This document shows positions 51,715 through 64,000 of a stretch of DNA of 64,000 bases, in pieces (the first letter of the stretch is position 1; every line of letters starts with the position of its first letter). The DNA is from Lepidodermella squamata (lineage: Eukaryota > Animalia > Gastrotricha). The notes beneath the pieces were generated by a model. The model was not told the DNA's origin and ran no database searches. It saw only the letters and a program-made list of their open reading frames with translations. Made by a program: the position numbers and the translations under genes. The DNA lies in contig JBLDXI010000026.1 in NCBI GenBank assembly GCA_047495785.1, positions 868,001 through 932,000 on the forward strand, written 5' to 3'.

Positions 51715-54226
51715 TCACTCGCGAATGGCGCCCTGGTTGCCAGGTTGCGGACGAGGACCAGTTTGCGGGCGGCGGGTGGTCGTAGGGCGAGGACGGGTCG
51801 GCTGGGCAATCGGGCGACGAGTAGTACGGCCACCCTGGACCGGGGCGGTGGTGGTCTCTTCAGCCGGCGCCTCGGTAGCAGCAGTAGTCGTCTCTTGCGG
51901 CTGGGGAGGTTGGCCGCCAGGGATGAGACCAGCCGCCTGGAGCTCAGCAGTGTTGCCCTGGGCGAGGGCGGCGACTTCTTCAGTGTGCAACACCGAGTTG
52001 CAGATGAGGACGTTGTCGATGTTGCCGACAAAGGCGCCGAGGGCCTGGTCGTCGCCGACAACGTACGGGCAGTGGGCGAGGGCGAGCGGGAGGGCGGCGG
52101 GTGCGCTGGCGACGAGGTCGCCGTTGACGAACAGCTCGGCGAGCTGCGCGTTCGCGTTGAACACGACGCAGACGGCCGTCCAGCCGCCGTTGGCCGCCGG
52201 CGCCGCGGCGGTGAGGTTGGCGGCGGCGCCCGAGTCGGAGCGCAGGCTCGCGAACACGTTGGCGGCGGGCGAGACGCCGGCGATGAGCGTGTACAGCGTT
52301 GCGGCGGCGTTGTTGTTGTTCGACAGAATGCCGGCCGATTGCGTGCACTGGAACGGGGCGGCGACGTTGCATCTTGGAGAAGAAAACAGATAATTATTAA
52401 TTTGGAATTTTTCAGCAAAAAATGTATTGACTTGAAAAAGGAGGATTCTTGGATCCCCTGATGTTCCTATTCAGGTTTTGTTGTGGATTTTGAATTTTCA
52501 AATTTCAGACCTCTAGGAGGCTCCCATCCGGAATCCTCCTGGGGTTCCAGTAGAAATCGAAATTGAAAATTGCTCAAAATATTCTAACTTTGGAAAGAGT
52601 AAAAAGCTTCATTTTCCCCCGAATATTTCACCTGGTTGGAAAAAGCAATTCCAGTGGATGAATTTTCGGGTGATTAAGTCGCATTGGAACCTTTCAGAAC
52701 GGTCCGCAAGGTCAAGATTCAGTTGTAATATTTAATGGTAAATTAAAAATAAAAAATCTTAGATAAAACCTTGGAAAAATGCATATAACATGAGAATAGT
52801 AATCGAATATGCCACTTATCAATGGGATTAGAAAATCCCGAGAAATTTGGCCCAACCGGGTAAAATACCGAAAATTACCGAACCAGCTACCATCGAGTTT
52901 TCTCAAGTAAATTTTCAATTTCTTCGGTAAATTCGTGGATGAAGATGGAAGATTCTCCGGTATAGGCTTATAATTTAAAAAATTAGTTAAATTCGTACTA
53001 AAAGTTGCACAATTTACAAATAATTGCGCAGCTCTTAAGCTCATTGAGCTCATTGAGCGCGAATTTACCGACCCTAAAATCTCAAATTTTTTCGAACATA
53101 GCATTTTTTTACTAGTTACTAGAGCCCAAATGCTTAGCAACCCTGATGACTATCGACCTCTTTTTGGCATTGTTCGACTCCTCGTTAATTGATCTTGATA
53201 TTGGTATCCCAATGATAAAGCCCCACAAATGATAAATTTAAGCTAAATCAATTACCGGTATTCGAAGCACCACGAAGCTCCTTCACCAGTTCCGAGCTCG
53301 AAGGTCTTGAGGCCGGGGATCTCGAGACGGCCAGTGTTGACCTGCAGCGAGCCGCCAGTAGTGCCAGTCGCCGAGGCGGTCAAGTCAAGCTGGGCGTTGC
53401 CGTAGGCGAAGGTCGGGAAGTGGTTGATGGACTGGTCCTCGAGGGAGGTGTCGAACGGCAGCCACAGGGCGCACTGGCGGGCGTTCGAGCCAGTAAGCGG
53501 CGGCTCGGGCGTGGTTAGGACGACGGAGCAGGCGCACTCGGCGAGGCTGAAGGCGGTGCCGGGCGCGCAGGGCAGCGTCGAGTCGCCGAGTTGGAACGCG
53601 TCCTCGCGGTCGGGCAGCGCTACCAGGGTGTTGCCGAAGGCGTCCGAGCACGCGGTGGCGTTGAGACTCGCCGGGGCGGCTGTCGTCTGGGGCAGGGCGA
53701 GGCAGAAGCCGGTGCAGGTCTCGTCCGGCACGCATGAGCAGGTTGCGACGTCGATGCGCTCGCCGGACGGGCAGCAGTTGACGGTCTCCTGGCCAGTGGC
53801 GCCGCAGGTGAAGTACTGACGGCAGCCTTGGCCGGGCAGTTGGTAGCAGCCGGCAGCGGCGATGGTCGGGTTGGAGCAGGGCGAAGGCTGGCACGGCACT
53901 GGGCCCTCGGCGCGGCACGTCAGGCGAGATTCGTCCCAAAAGGTGCCGGGTTGGCATACCTGGAAGATGGCGGTTGCCGTTGTCTCGTTCAGGTACAGGC
54001 ACTGGAAGTAGGAGTGGCAGTCGAGCGGGTTCGCGAAGAAGTCCTTCTGGGCAGTTCGCGACAGGCAGTCGAAGCAGTACGTGTTCGCGTCGAAGCCAGG
54101 CGTCGGGTTCGGGTTGTTCGGAGCAGGAGGGCCGGCGACAGGGGCGCGGCGGGTTGTCGTGCGATCGCGGCCGAAAGTTGCGCTGAGGCAGCTGGCAAGT
54201 AGGAAAGCTACTAGAACAGATTTCAT
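51715..54226 (-). CDS. Secreted chitin-binding type-2 (peritrophin-A/CBM14) + LamG/ConA-like protein with Pro/Thr/Arg-rich tail (exons 54226-53256, 52372-51715)
   Basis: Signal peptide; NPLDCHSYFQC...CQPGTFWD...C, CRQYFTC...CPSG, CAPGTAFS; WLPFD...LFVNG...FVGNIDNV LamG3-like motifs; phase-2 join CG|A. Confidence 0.88.
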
Positions 54227-55837
54227 GTTGATATTTGCCGAAGCTTATCAAGCAGCTTGTTCGCTAAAGGCGAATAATTGAAGATTGATGATTGATTGGT
54301 TGATGCTCTACATCCCATTTTCCGGCCTATTTATTGGGGGCATAATAATTTGAGGCGAACAGGGTTATGCGTGCTAATTTGGCGGTCAGCTGAGACCAGC
54401 GCGATTATTATCCGTCTAATTATTTCGGCATTTCAAAAACTCGGATAAATTCAATGAGTTTGTTAGTTACGCAACCATTATTATTTTATTTCGAAATTTT
54501 TTAAATGAAATTAAACATTTTTCTGAAATTAAGCCCATTGGGGGATCTTCGATCCTTTATCCCCGATTTTACCGAATAATTTAAAAATTCGATGGTAAAT
54601 GGTTCAGTAATTTTCGGTTTTCGATAGAATTTTTTCGGATTTTATAATCCTATTCACAAGAGAAGATTATTATTCTAACGGCATTTTGGAATTTTTCTAA
54701 GAGTTTTCTGGCAATGAGATACAACTTATTAAGTTCCTTACAATTACGGAAAAATATGGAGCTTTTTTAACCCTTCACGGCCGAAATTTTTTATCTCGGA
54801 GAGAAAAAAATAGTTGACAGCATTTCTGGGGGTTTTCGAAGGCCCTGATCACGACTTTGAAACCCGTTTGTCTCTACCTATCATCGTTAAGACTGTCCGA
54901 AAATATATCGAAATCGCCATATTGGCCCAGCTGATTTCAGGCGGTTTTTTGAGCACCCTGATTTCTAAATCAGATGTTTTCAAAATAAGATTATCAAATT
55001 TTACTTATTTGACTTTCATGAAGGTCCCTAACATCCCCCTTCCCTGATAACACTGAAAACAGTCAGTCCAAGGAAGTCAGTATTCCGGTCGGAATTCAGC
55101 TTTCCGCGCGACAGTTTTGAAGCTCAAGAATGACGCCTGTCTGGGACGATAGGGCGAGTTCGACTACTTAATTAAAATCAAGGCGGCGCCGTTCATTTTT
55201 GTCAAAAGCTGATGAGAACTTAAGTCAATGAGACAATGCCGGACACTGTAGTATTTTTAGTTTGATCGGATGATGACATGGGGTTACCTTGATTTCAAAT
55301 TGAAAAAAATCGAAATATCACACCTCGGTTACCAATTTTAACATGGCTACAGTTTCAAAACGGTGTGAGATAGCGGTCCAATTCTTTCAAAATCTTGTAG
55401 CCAACATCGAAAAGTACATAATATTGCTGAAAAGGGAGATCGAAAATTCATCCAACTGAACTTACAGTACACTGTCAAAGTCAAAATTCCGTAATCGTCC
55501 TTTCATGGCTGTTAGTCGCATTCTTAACTGAATTCGAGCAATTATCAATTAAGAAACTGTCGGTTTTTAGCTCGATGCCTTCAAAATGCTCACAAAGTTA
55601 TTTATTATTTTATATTGCTTCAACATAAATCATCGGTTAATAAAGAATTTCAATACATATAAATGTACTTCACATTTTGAAAGCGAGTCAAAAAATAATT
55701 TCGCGAATAGATCACTGTTTTCACTGGTTTGAGGGAAAACTTAGAGAAAACACTGGTTAATAAGTTCAAAATTGTTTGAAAGTGAGTGACGAATGTCAAA
55801 AAGAGCAAGACGTTCAGATTTTTGGTCGCTCTTGGTA

Positions 55838-58800
55838 TCATCCCTGCAGCTTCTCGCATACAGCGTAACGTTCGATGTTGCAGTAGCCGAAGTAAATCTT
55901 GCCATCACGTAGATAAGCACCTAATATAAGAAAAAACTCCTATAATTTATCGGAATTGATTTACGACTTACAGTGCTTTGAGGCGTCAGGTGCATCTTGA
56001 AAATCGAACTGCGAGTTGTTGAACGGCACGCCTGATACCCAGTGATAGCTAGACAGATCTCGGCGCATTGCGCCGGTATAAAAAAATTCACCGGAATTTG
56101 TGACAGCAAGAGATGCGTGAAATGTTGCATTGTCCGTTATTTTAATCAGCGTCTTTCCGAGACTTTTGCATGCATCAGCCGCAGTTTGTCTGTCACCAGC
56201 AGATGGGGTCAGTTGTAGGCCTGATGACTGAAAAAGTATTACAACAGAATATTTGGCTACCAAACAAAATGTTATACAAACCTGGCTATCAGCGCACAGA
56301 CCTTTGGCCGGATTTGAACACGTTTGAGTAAATAATCCCTGTGCCAACAGACCAATACCTACGCAGCAAAAAAAATAAATTTCGTGAGGCCCTTATTTTC
56401 CCAATTGTTCGCCTAATCATTTCATTTGATCAATATTTCATTCTTTTTTGTAAAATAAATATTAGTCTCAAGTTCGAAATGCTAAGTCTCATTCTCGTAT
56501 CTCGTAGCAAATTTTTTATTTTGTTTCATTAATTATGTATAGATAGAGCCCTAGAGGAGGCCAGTTTCGAGGAGAAACTAGCCGGATCGTGGGCTCTATA
56601 GTACATAGTACTCGAGAGGAAGCTGTTACCCTCTTCGTTTTACGTGGGTGTTTACCCCTAAAATGCGACAAACCACATAGGGAGAGCGATTTCACAATAA
56701 TAAAAAATCTATCTTAAAACTTGATAGCTCAAAATTCGCAATCTGGTTATTCTGAACCGCTTTGCGCGTAATTGCTAAAAGCACAATTTTTCGAAATTTC
56801 TCAGCTGTGCCTGGAGCATAAAAAAAATGAGCGAGTGTTTGAGAATCATTCGCTATAACTCACCTAAGCAGGGATTTAAATAATTTTGATAATTTCCAAA
56901 AATGCCTTTTCTTTGCGATTCTGGAATAGAAAATAGAAAGTGAAATGTCTAGAGTGCTTTTTCTCGGGATTGCATCGACAACCTTGCCCCGTGATGCTCG
57001 CTTCGCTCGCGTTTCACGGCGGGGCAAGGTATTCGGTCGCTGGAATGCAATGCTCGCTTCGCTCGCGTTTTTAAAAAAATCCAACTTTGAAAAGTTATTA
57101 TGCAAAATTACTATTTTTACTATGGTTACTATGTGGCTTCCTCTAGAGTACTAAGCAATTTATTTAGAGAAAACAAGAACGAAGAAACAATATTACATGC
57201 AAATGGTCGTTTTTTCATTTGCAGCATTGTGAAACCACTCAAAAGTCCAATTCAAATGCGCACGCCTATTGGTCAATGATCGTTGCTATGACTCCCGGAT
57301 GAAACGTTCAGTCGCGCGATCCATAAAATTTTTTGCCGCGTTAATTTAACACGTTTAATATGGAGTGGTCAATGGAAGCCGTGCAGAGGGCGTGGTAAGG
57401 TCATTTTTACATAAATATAAAATAATTTATCAGTGGATCGCACGATAGAACTGTTTCATCCCGGAGTCATAGCAACGATCGATTGACCAATCAGCGTGCG
57501 CGCCAAAAATTCAAATTTTTAGTGGTTCCGCAATGAAAATCAATGAAGTTCAAATAGTTTCGTGCTGTTACTTACATCCTTTACCGGGTCCTATCCAATA
57601 CGGGTCGGCCCAAAACGGCACATCGGGATCGAAGAGACTGCCATCCTCCCATAAGAAATCAGCAAACAGACCGATATATGGATCGGCAGACCCGATTTCA
57701 TTTAGGACAAGGCTCCAGGCCGAATCAAGATCAGCCTGCGACGAAAATGACGCCAGTCGCCCGCCGGCCGCTTTGCACAGCTGCAACTGATCATAGAAAA
57801 CGACATAGGTTTGCTTGGAGAGAAAATAACGACTCAAATCCGCTAGGCAGCTCGCATGATTTTCAGCGAATTTCTTCGAGTTCGAAAACATCTTCACCTT
57901 TTTCGGAAGAAGAAAGCATAAAATCAGTCGTAGTTCTTAAATTCTCCTACCATTGTAGAGCCACTTGGACAGATGTTGTAACACCGTTTGCCATTCTGGG
58001 TCTCGCACTGAACAGCATGCTGAAAAATACCGCATACATTTTCTAAATCGCAATTCAAATTTCCTCTTCGACAGAAATTGGAATATTTTGAAAGTAAGTA
58101 TACCCAAGATAGGCAGTTGGCTTTGTTTCTGTAGACACCTGTTGAGAATTCCTCGGTTTCATTGGCGAAACAGCGAGAGCTGCTCGGTCGGCAACCAGTA
58201 AATTTCCGGGTAGCGGTATCGAAGCAGCGGATGTGCGGCCTGACAGCGTCGGCATGATCGCCTGAAACAAGTTTCAGCATTATTTCTCAGGTTAGCCAGG
58301 AAAATTTCATCGATTAACTCACTGCCGATACTTTGAAGGCAAGCGTCCAAGCTGGTGAATGGAGATCCCGATTGAGGTTTCGACTGGAATTACAACAGAT
58401 TAAAGTATATGACATATCTGTTGAGAGCTTCTCACCGAATTTGTTGGACACGAGAGTTCACTTAGAACACAGGTGACAAATTTGTTAGTGGCATCGAAAC
58501 ACGCATCGAATTTGCGAGCCTGTTTTTTTACCAAGAATGAAACTCATGTTTCAACAGGAAAAAATCATCGAATCAATTTTACTGGAAATGAGTTTTGCTC
58601 AGTAGTACAACTCGCCAGGTTTGTCCTGAACGGGATAGCGCCGTTGTAGGAATTGCCAATCTGAAACACCGGATAATAATTTGAAATATCAAAAGGTTAT
58701 AACGGAAAAATGAACGCTACAGCTAATTGCTAAAGCATCGTTTCTCAATTTCAATTGCTAAGCTAACCAGTTATATTCGGCATCTCAAATTATTCTAAAT

Positions 58801-59425
58801 TAAAAAAAAATGAATTATTCAATTTCAGATTCGGTGATTAGAGTAGTTCAAGTATGAAATATGGTCACGAACCATGATTTCGGTTGTTTTTTCACAGCCA
58901 GGACTTCCCGGCCGGCAAGTAGCCGCATAACTAGTAAATCTGTAGCACATTCGAGCAGTCTGCGAATAAAAATCAATACTTATTATTCATAATATAATTA
59001 AAACATTTGAATAAAAAGAAAATGATTAAAAATCTCACCGCTTTCATGCAGGCACTTTGATCAGACACACTGATTCCAAGCTGAGAAAAAATTCAGAATA
59101 TTTAATAGCCGCATTCACAATAGGGGTGCAAAGCTGACATCTTAAATGCTGGGTTCCAGCCTAAAAACCCTAAAAATAACCCCGTAATATTTTGAAAAAT
59201 TTGGTGCCAGGATGCCTTAATTTAGGGATTCAGATAATTAAACCCACGTTCAAAATTAGAATTATGACTCACTTGATACTCGCGTAGTCGTTGACAGCCA
59301 TTAGGCAATTCGCGGCAATCTGTGAATTTGTCATCGAATTGCGAGAAGCAGCGAACCCACTCGCCACATCGCACCACATCAGCGACTGCTAACAACGCGG
59401 CAAATATGGTAAATGGCAATTTCAT
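55838..59425 (-). CDS. Secreted multi-exon protein with Cys-rich N-terminal repeats and two C-type lectin-like domains (internal exon limits approximate)
   Basis: Signal peptide MKLPFTIFAALLAVA; repeated CFxxxxxKFxxC; CKAAGGRLAS...YIGL...WEDGS; CKSLGKTL...YHWVSG...YAVCE. Confidence 0.8.
56606..57153. mobile_element. Intronic MITE-like element with short inverted ends
   Basis: tagtactcgagaggaagc / gcttcctctagagtacta; internal duplicated atgctcgcttcgctcgcgttt. Confidence 0.5.
57226..57535. mobile_element. Intronic foldback MITE with ~90-bp imperfect inverted repeats
   Basis: attggtcaatgatcgttgctatgactcccggatgaaac versus gtttcatcccggagtcatagcaacgatcgattgaccaat. Confidence 0.8.
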
Positions 59426-59691
59426 TACTGATTTTTAAAAAGTAATGATCGAAAATCTCGAATATCCTCAGAAATTTGTAAGCCGATATGGCTGATATTC
59501 GTGATTCGTGATGTTTAAATGATGTTTTGATTGTATTTTGATTGTTCTTTCCATATAGTTTACGCATTGAGAAAAACAATATCAAATACGTTATTTTTTA
59601 CAATCAGGTGTCAGCCGGCACGTGCTTGTTTTTTTGGCTGTTGTGTCCGAAGATAGAGAGAGAAAGTCGATATGGAATTAAATTGCTAAAT

Positions 59692-60228
59692 CGTTGGCAA
59701 CGCGGAAAAACAACACTTGTGGAGTACCGTAGTTAGTTTTATTAGAAGCCAGTACTGGGTATAGAAAACGGCATTTTTTTCTCATACCGTAATTTCGTGC
59801 GCCGCTGTACTTGTATTAGTCGAAACGGTTACTGTGTATGTCATTAGCGACGGTGTTCACAGCACGGCTGCGTACTCCCATTGGAAACGCCATCGATGGT
59901 AACGTTTGATGAGTAAAAAACGACTGTTTTGATAGGCCGTCAATATTTTATAGTCAAACATGTTCGGAAAATGTTTCACGCACTCATCGCAACTCTCAAC
60001 ACTGTCAGCAATAAGAAAGCGGGCTTTTCTAGCTGTTTACTACGAATATAACTTTGCATTTCATCAAGGCTTCAAGTCCGCGATGGGGTAACCGTTTCGA
60101 CTAATACAAGTACAGCGGCGCACGAAATTACGGTATGAGAAAAAAATGCCGTTTTCTATACCCAGTACTGGCTTCTAATAAAACTACCTACGGTACTCCA
60201 CAAGTGTTGTTTTTCCGCGTTGCCAACG
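59692..60228. mobile_element. MITE with ~140-bp near-perfect TIRs and a 4-bp AAAT TSD (Sola-like)
   Basis: aaat|cgttggcaacgcggaaaaacaacacttgtggag ... ctccacaagtgttgtttttccgcgttgccaacg|aaat. Confidence 0.9.
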
Positions 60229-61713
60229 AAATGGGACTGCGAAATAACAGCGTGGAGCAATTTTGAAATGGCATATAATTGAGCTCATAGAAATAGTACC
60301 CAGATCAGAAACCTGAATTGGGTAGAGAGTCCCTCTTTAATTTCGGCCACTACCTTATCACCCAATAATTTTATTTATTTAAGAGCCATTCATCCGTTTT
60401 TAGAAAAAAATTGGAAAGCTCAGCTGTAAAAAGACAATGGATTAGTTAGGGTTTGATCAAACTGTACACAAGATTATGGATTACAATATAATTACTGTAT
60501 ATTACAAGATCCTCTGTTCGAGAGATCACTTTTGGATTCGAATCCAAAAGTGCGTAACTTGAGGTATTATCTTACCTAGATGATGTGGCCGAAGTTAAAA
60601 GGTGCCCGGTTACCTAATTAGGTCGGTAGTCTGAGTGGCTCACAAATCAGGCATTCATAAAGGTGAAATCGTCTGGCTTAGCAGAAGCCGGCATTTGGTA
60701 GCCCCAGAAATCCTCTCTAATTCTGTATTTGCCGAATACTTTTTAACATTTCACCTGGCTGCAAAGTAGTAGGAAAAACCCGAAAAGGTGACCGAATTTA
60801 GGGCGGGATGCTCTAATGCAGCACAGAATTCAATTTTTTGAAAAGATGCAAGCTGGTTCGAGCTGGTTCGAGGATCAAGCGACAATTCCCTCGAATATGC
60901 TTTTTCGAGTTTCTAGTCTTCACTAGAGTGTCAATTTTTTCGTTATTATGCCTAACTGATATAGATCTTCATATTACGCCTATTTCGCGCTATAATCGGT
61001 CAGTTTACTAATTAGGTACTTCATCCTACAGAGCCGATATCGATTCCTATTATCGATTTTATAAATCAGGGGTTTTTCCGATATAAGCCGTCGTGGAACC
61101 AAACATCAATAATTTCTCTACGTAGCCTAGGGCACCATGTGGCTAAGATAAAAAAATGAGACATTGGTCGGATGAAAACAGTTTTCCCCACACGCTGTAT
61201 CGTTCGCAATACGGTGTGCTTTACTTTTTATATCCGAACTGGGTCTTCGCTGAGATGGTTTTTTGTAGACTGAAATGTTCTCGAAGCTGACAATTGAAAT
61301 TGTGAATATGTTCGTAGAATTTTTACAAAGGCCAGTTCTGATTATTCAGCAATTTTTAACTATCACATTAGTCACCCTTTAAAGGTTTTTTGTCGTGAAC
61401 CCGCATGGAAAAACTCCTTGCAACTCTTGAATGCTAAGAAAAATGTATCTTTTTAGCTCGATGTCTTCTAAATGCTCAAAAATGTATTAATTATTATTTT
61501 ATTGCTTCATCATTCTTCACAAATCAATGCGAAGAAAAAATATTTCACATTTTGAAGTTAAGAAAAAAGAAATTTCGCGAATAGATCACTGTTTTGAGTG
61601 GCTTTGAGGGAAAACATAGAGAAAACACTTGTTAATGAGTTCAAAATTGTTAGAAAGTGAGTGTCACAGGTCAAAAAGAGTGAGACGATTCTGTTTTTGG
61701 TCGCTCTATTGTA

Positions 61714-64000
61714 TCATCCTTGTAGCTTCTCGCAAACAGCGTAACGAAAGATGCCGCAGGAGCTGCGGTAAATCTTGCCATCACGTAAATAGGCACCTGT
61801 AATTTGAAAAAAGTGATCAAAAGTTGGCATCGTATTTTTACGCCTCACAGTGAATTTTGGTGTCAGGAGCATCTTGAAAATCGAACTGCGAGTTGTTGAA
61901 CGGCACGCCTGATAACCAGTGATAGGCGGACACGTCTCTACGTTTTCCACCGGTATAGAATTGAAGGTAATAAGAGCCCGGAGGTGGCAGGTACGCAAGA
62001 GACGCGTTATATGTTGCCTGGTCCGCGATTTTAATCAGCGATTTAGCGAAGCCTTGGCAAGCATCAGCCGCTGCCTGTCTGTCACTATCAACTGTGGTCA
62101 GCTGTAGGCCTGATGACTGAAAAAGTAATAAAGCAGAATACTTATATATTAATCTAAATTATATACAAACCTGGCTATCAGCGCATAGACCTTTGATCGG
62201 AAGTGAACACGAATCGACGAGCAATCCAAATGCCGTTGGCAAATACCTACGCAAAACAATCATTTGATTTGATCCTTTTCTGAGCAACGATTACAATTTT
62301 GACAACAAAACAAAATCAATTCAGGTGAATTCTTTGCTAATTTTTATTTTAACACCGTTAGAATTCCCATGTTCTGGGCTTAATTTTTTTCATAATTTTT
62401 TTCCTCGATTCAGGTCATTCACCTGAGAAAAAAGGCTCGAAACTAAGGTGCATTTTTGACAACTCGTTTTTAACTTGACCATCAAGCATCAACCGTGATT
62501 CATCGGGTAGTGCGTGGTGAAGACTGCGATATTTTATTTGATTATTGACATTTGACGCTGTTTTCAGGATATTGCTTTGAAATTTCACCAAAAATAAACG
62601 AATTTGGGAAAAAAATTATAGACTTATCTACATGAGACAGCGTCATCGAAGTACAATTTAAAAATCGATTAGGGAGTCTTTCAAGGTAGTTTTTTGAGTT
62701 GTCAAAATTGAGCTTGCTTTGTAAATTGTACTGACAAGTTTTCAAAATTGCACCTCCAAAATCGCTACTTTGCAATTAATTTTCCTTCAACTGGGTCTTT
62801 AAAATTTACTGCTATCACCTCAATAATTACCAGCTAAACGCCAGCTTCATTTTGGTAAGCAAAATTCTACCTAAAACCGCCCAGGTGAAGAGATCCTGAT
62901 GGGTGAATTTAGGGATTTCGAGGGTTCGATTCCGAAAATCAGCAATCAATAATGCAATCGAATTCGGGAAAATGAAATCGATACTCTTATTCTGTAGGAG
63001 CCAAGGGATTTTTACGATATTTTCCCAGAATTTTAGGTAGGCAACCGTAGGTAGCCCATCAAGTAGAAAAAATATCAAACTTGAAGAGCATCGTGCCCTA
63101 AATTCGGCCTATTTTTAGGTTATTCCTACTTTGCCAGCCAGGTGAATTTTTGAAAATATTCGCGCCAAACACAGAACTATAGAGGAGTTCTTGGGCTATC
63201 GAATGCCGTTTTCCGCAAGTCCGAAGTCCGATTTTACCTTGATTTGTGGCTACTCCTGTAGGCACCTTGACTCCTGGGCGGAATTAACCTAATTTTGGCC
63301 ACCTCATACATTTACGCTAATACCTTCAGTTTGATACCGTTATATTCGTCTCGGCAAGCCGAGTGTGGAAAATGCCTTTGTGGCTTTACCAGTGAGCTTT
63401 TCCTTGATGACGCGACGTTAAATTCACATGCGCTACTTACATTCACCAGGGCCTGCCATGCCCAACGCGCTGTGCCAAAACGGTATACTTAGATCGATGA
63501 GACTGCCATCCTCCCATGTGAAATCAGCGAATAGACCGATAAATGGATAATATAACCCGACTTGATTTTTGACCGCGTTCCACGCCGCATCGAGATCAGC
63601 CTGTGATGAAAATGTCGCCAGTCGCCCGCCGTCCGTTTTACACTGCTTCCAATGATCATAGAAAAAGCCAATGGGGCCATAGGGTAGCATGGAGAGAAAA
63701 TAAGGACTCAAGTCAGCTAGGCAGCTCGCGTAATTTACAGCAAATTTCGTTGAGTTCGAAAACATGTTAACCTTTTACGGAAGAAAATATGATTTTAGAC
63801 GTATTAGATTGTTGCTTTTACCTGAGTTGAGACACTCGGGCAGATGTTGTAGCACTTTTTGCCATTCTGAGTATTGCACTGAACTGCAATCTAAAAATTA
63901 CCGAGAAAATATTAGTATATCTTGCACTTTTACTAAAGTTCCGTTTAGTATAAAAATATCTCAATTTTTGAGGAATTTACTCAAGTAAAAATTCAATTTG
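61714..64000 (-). CDS. Tandem paralog of the double C-type lectin gene, 5' part beyond window end
   Basis: Exons match 55838-58042 (MFSNS.KFA.N.ASCLADLS, GGRLA.FSSQADLD, YAVCEKLQG*); 3' UTR also conserved. Confidence 0.85.

Noticed and set aside
51585-54281. Many long overlapping alternative-frame and antisense ORFs
   Set aside because: Expected shadows of GC3-rich coding exons of the chitin-binding gene; the same applies to 42443-42981.
51089-54790. piggyBac-like TTAA-CCC starts at ~51089 and ~54767
   Set aside because: No matching opposite terminus found, and both face the same way, so they do not bound an element.

Overview
Eukaryotic (invertebrate animal, probably spiralian/lophotrochozoan) genomic DNA: AT-rich and gene-dense, with many ~50-60 nt GT-AG introns, so the ORF track shows only exon fragments. 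I assembled the gene models by hand from splice signals and reading phase. 0-18 kb is a putative chemosensory cluster: five paralogous 3-exon rhodopsin-class GPCRs (a sixth lies at 32 kb) interleaved with two intronless, divergent Cys-loop ligand-gated ion channel subunits, part of it a tandem GPCR+channel duplication. Further along are a secreted PAN/C-type-lectin/kringle mosaic gene, a small stand-alone Smr-domain gene, two tandem divergent nuclear receptors with a non-canonical second zinc finger, a RING+ankyrin gene, an M13 (neprilysin-like) peptidase, a chitin-binding+LamG gene and two tandem C-type lectin genes. Many non-autonomous DNA transposons/MITEs are present (hAT, Tc1/mariner, CMC-like, Sola-like), including a self-nested foldback. 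No rRNA, tRNA, CRISPR array or intact transposase was recognised. All homology calls are from motif recognition, not database searches.
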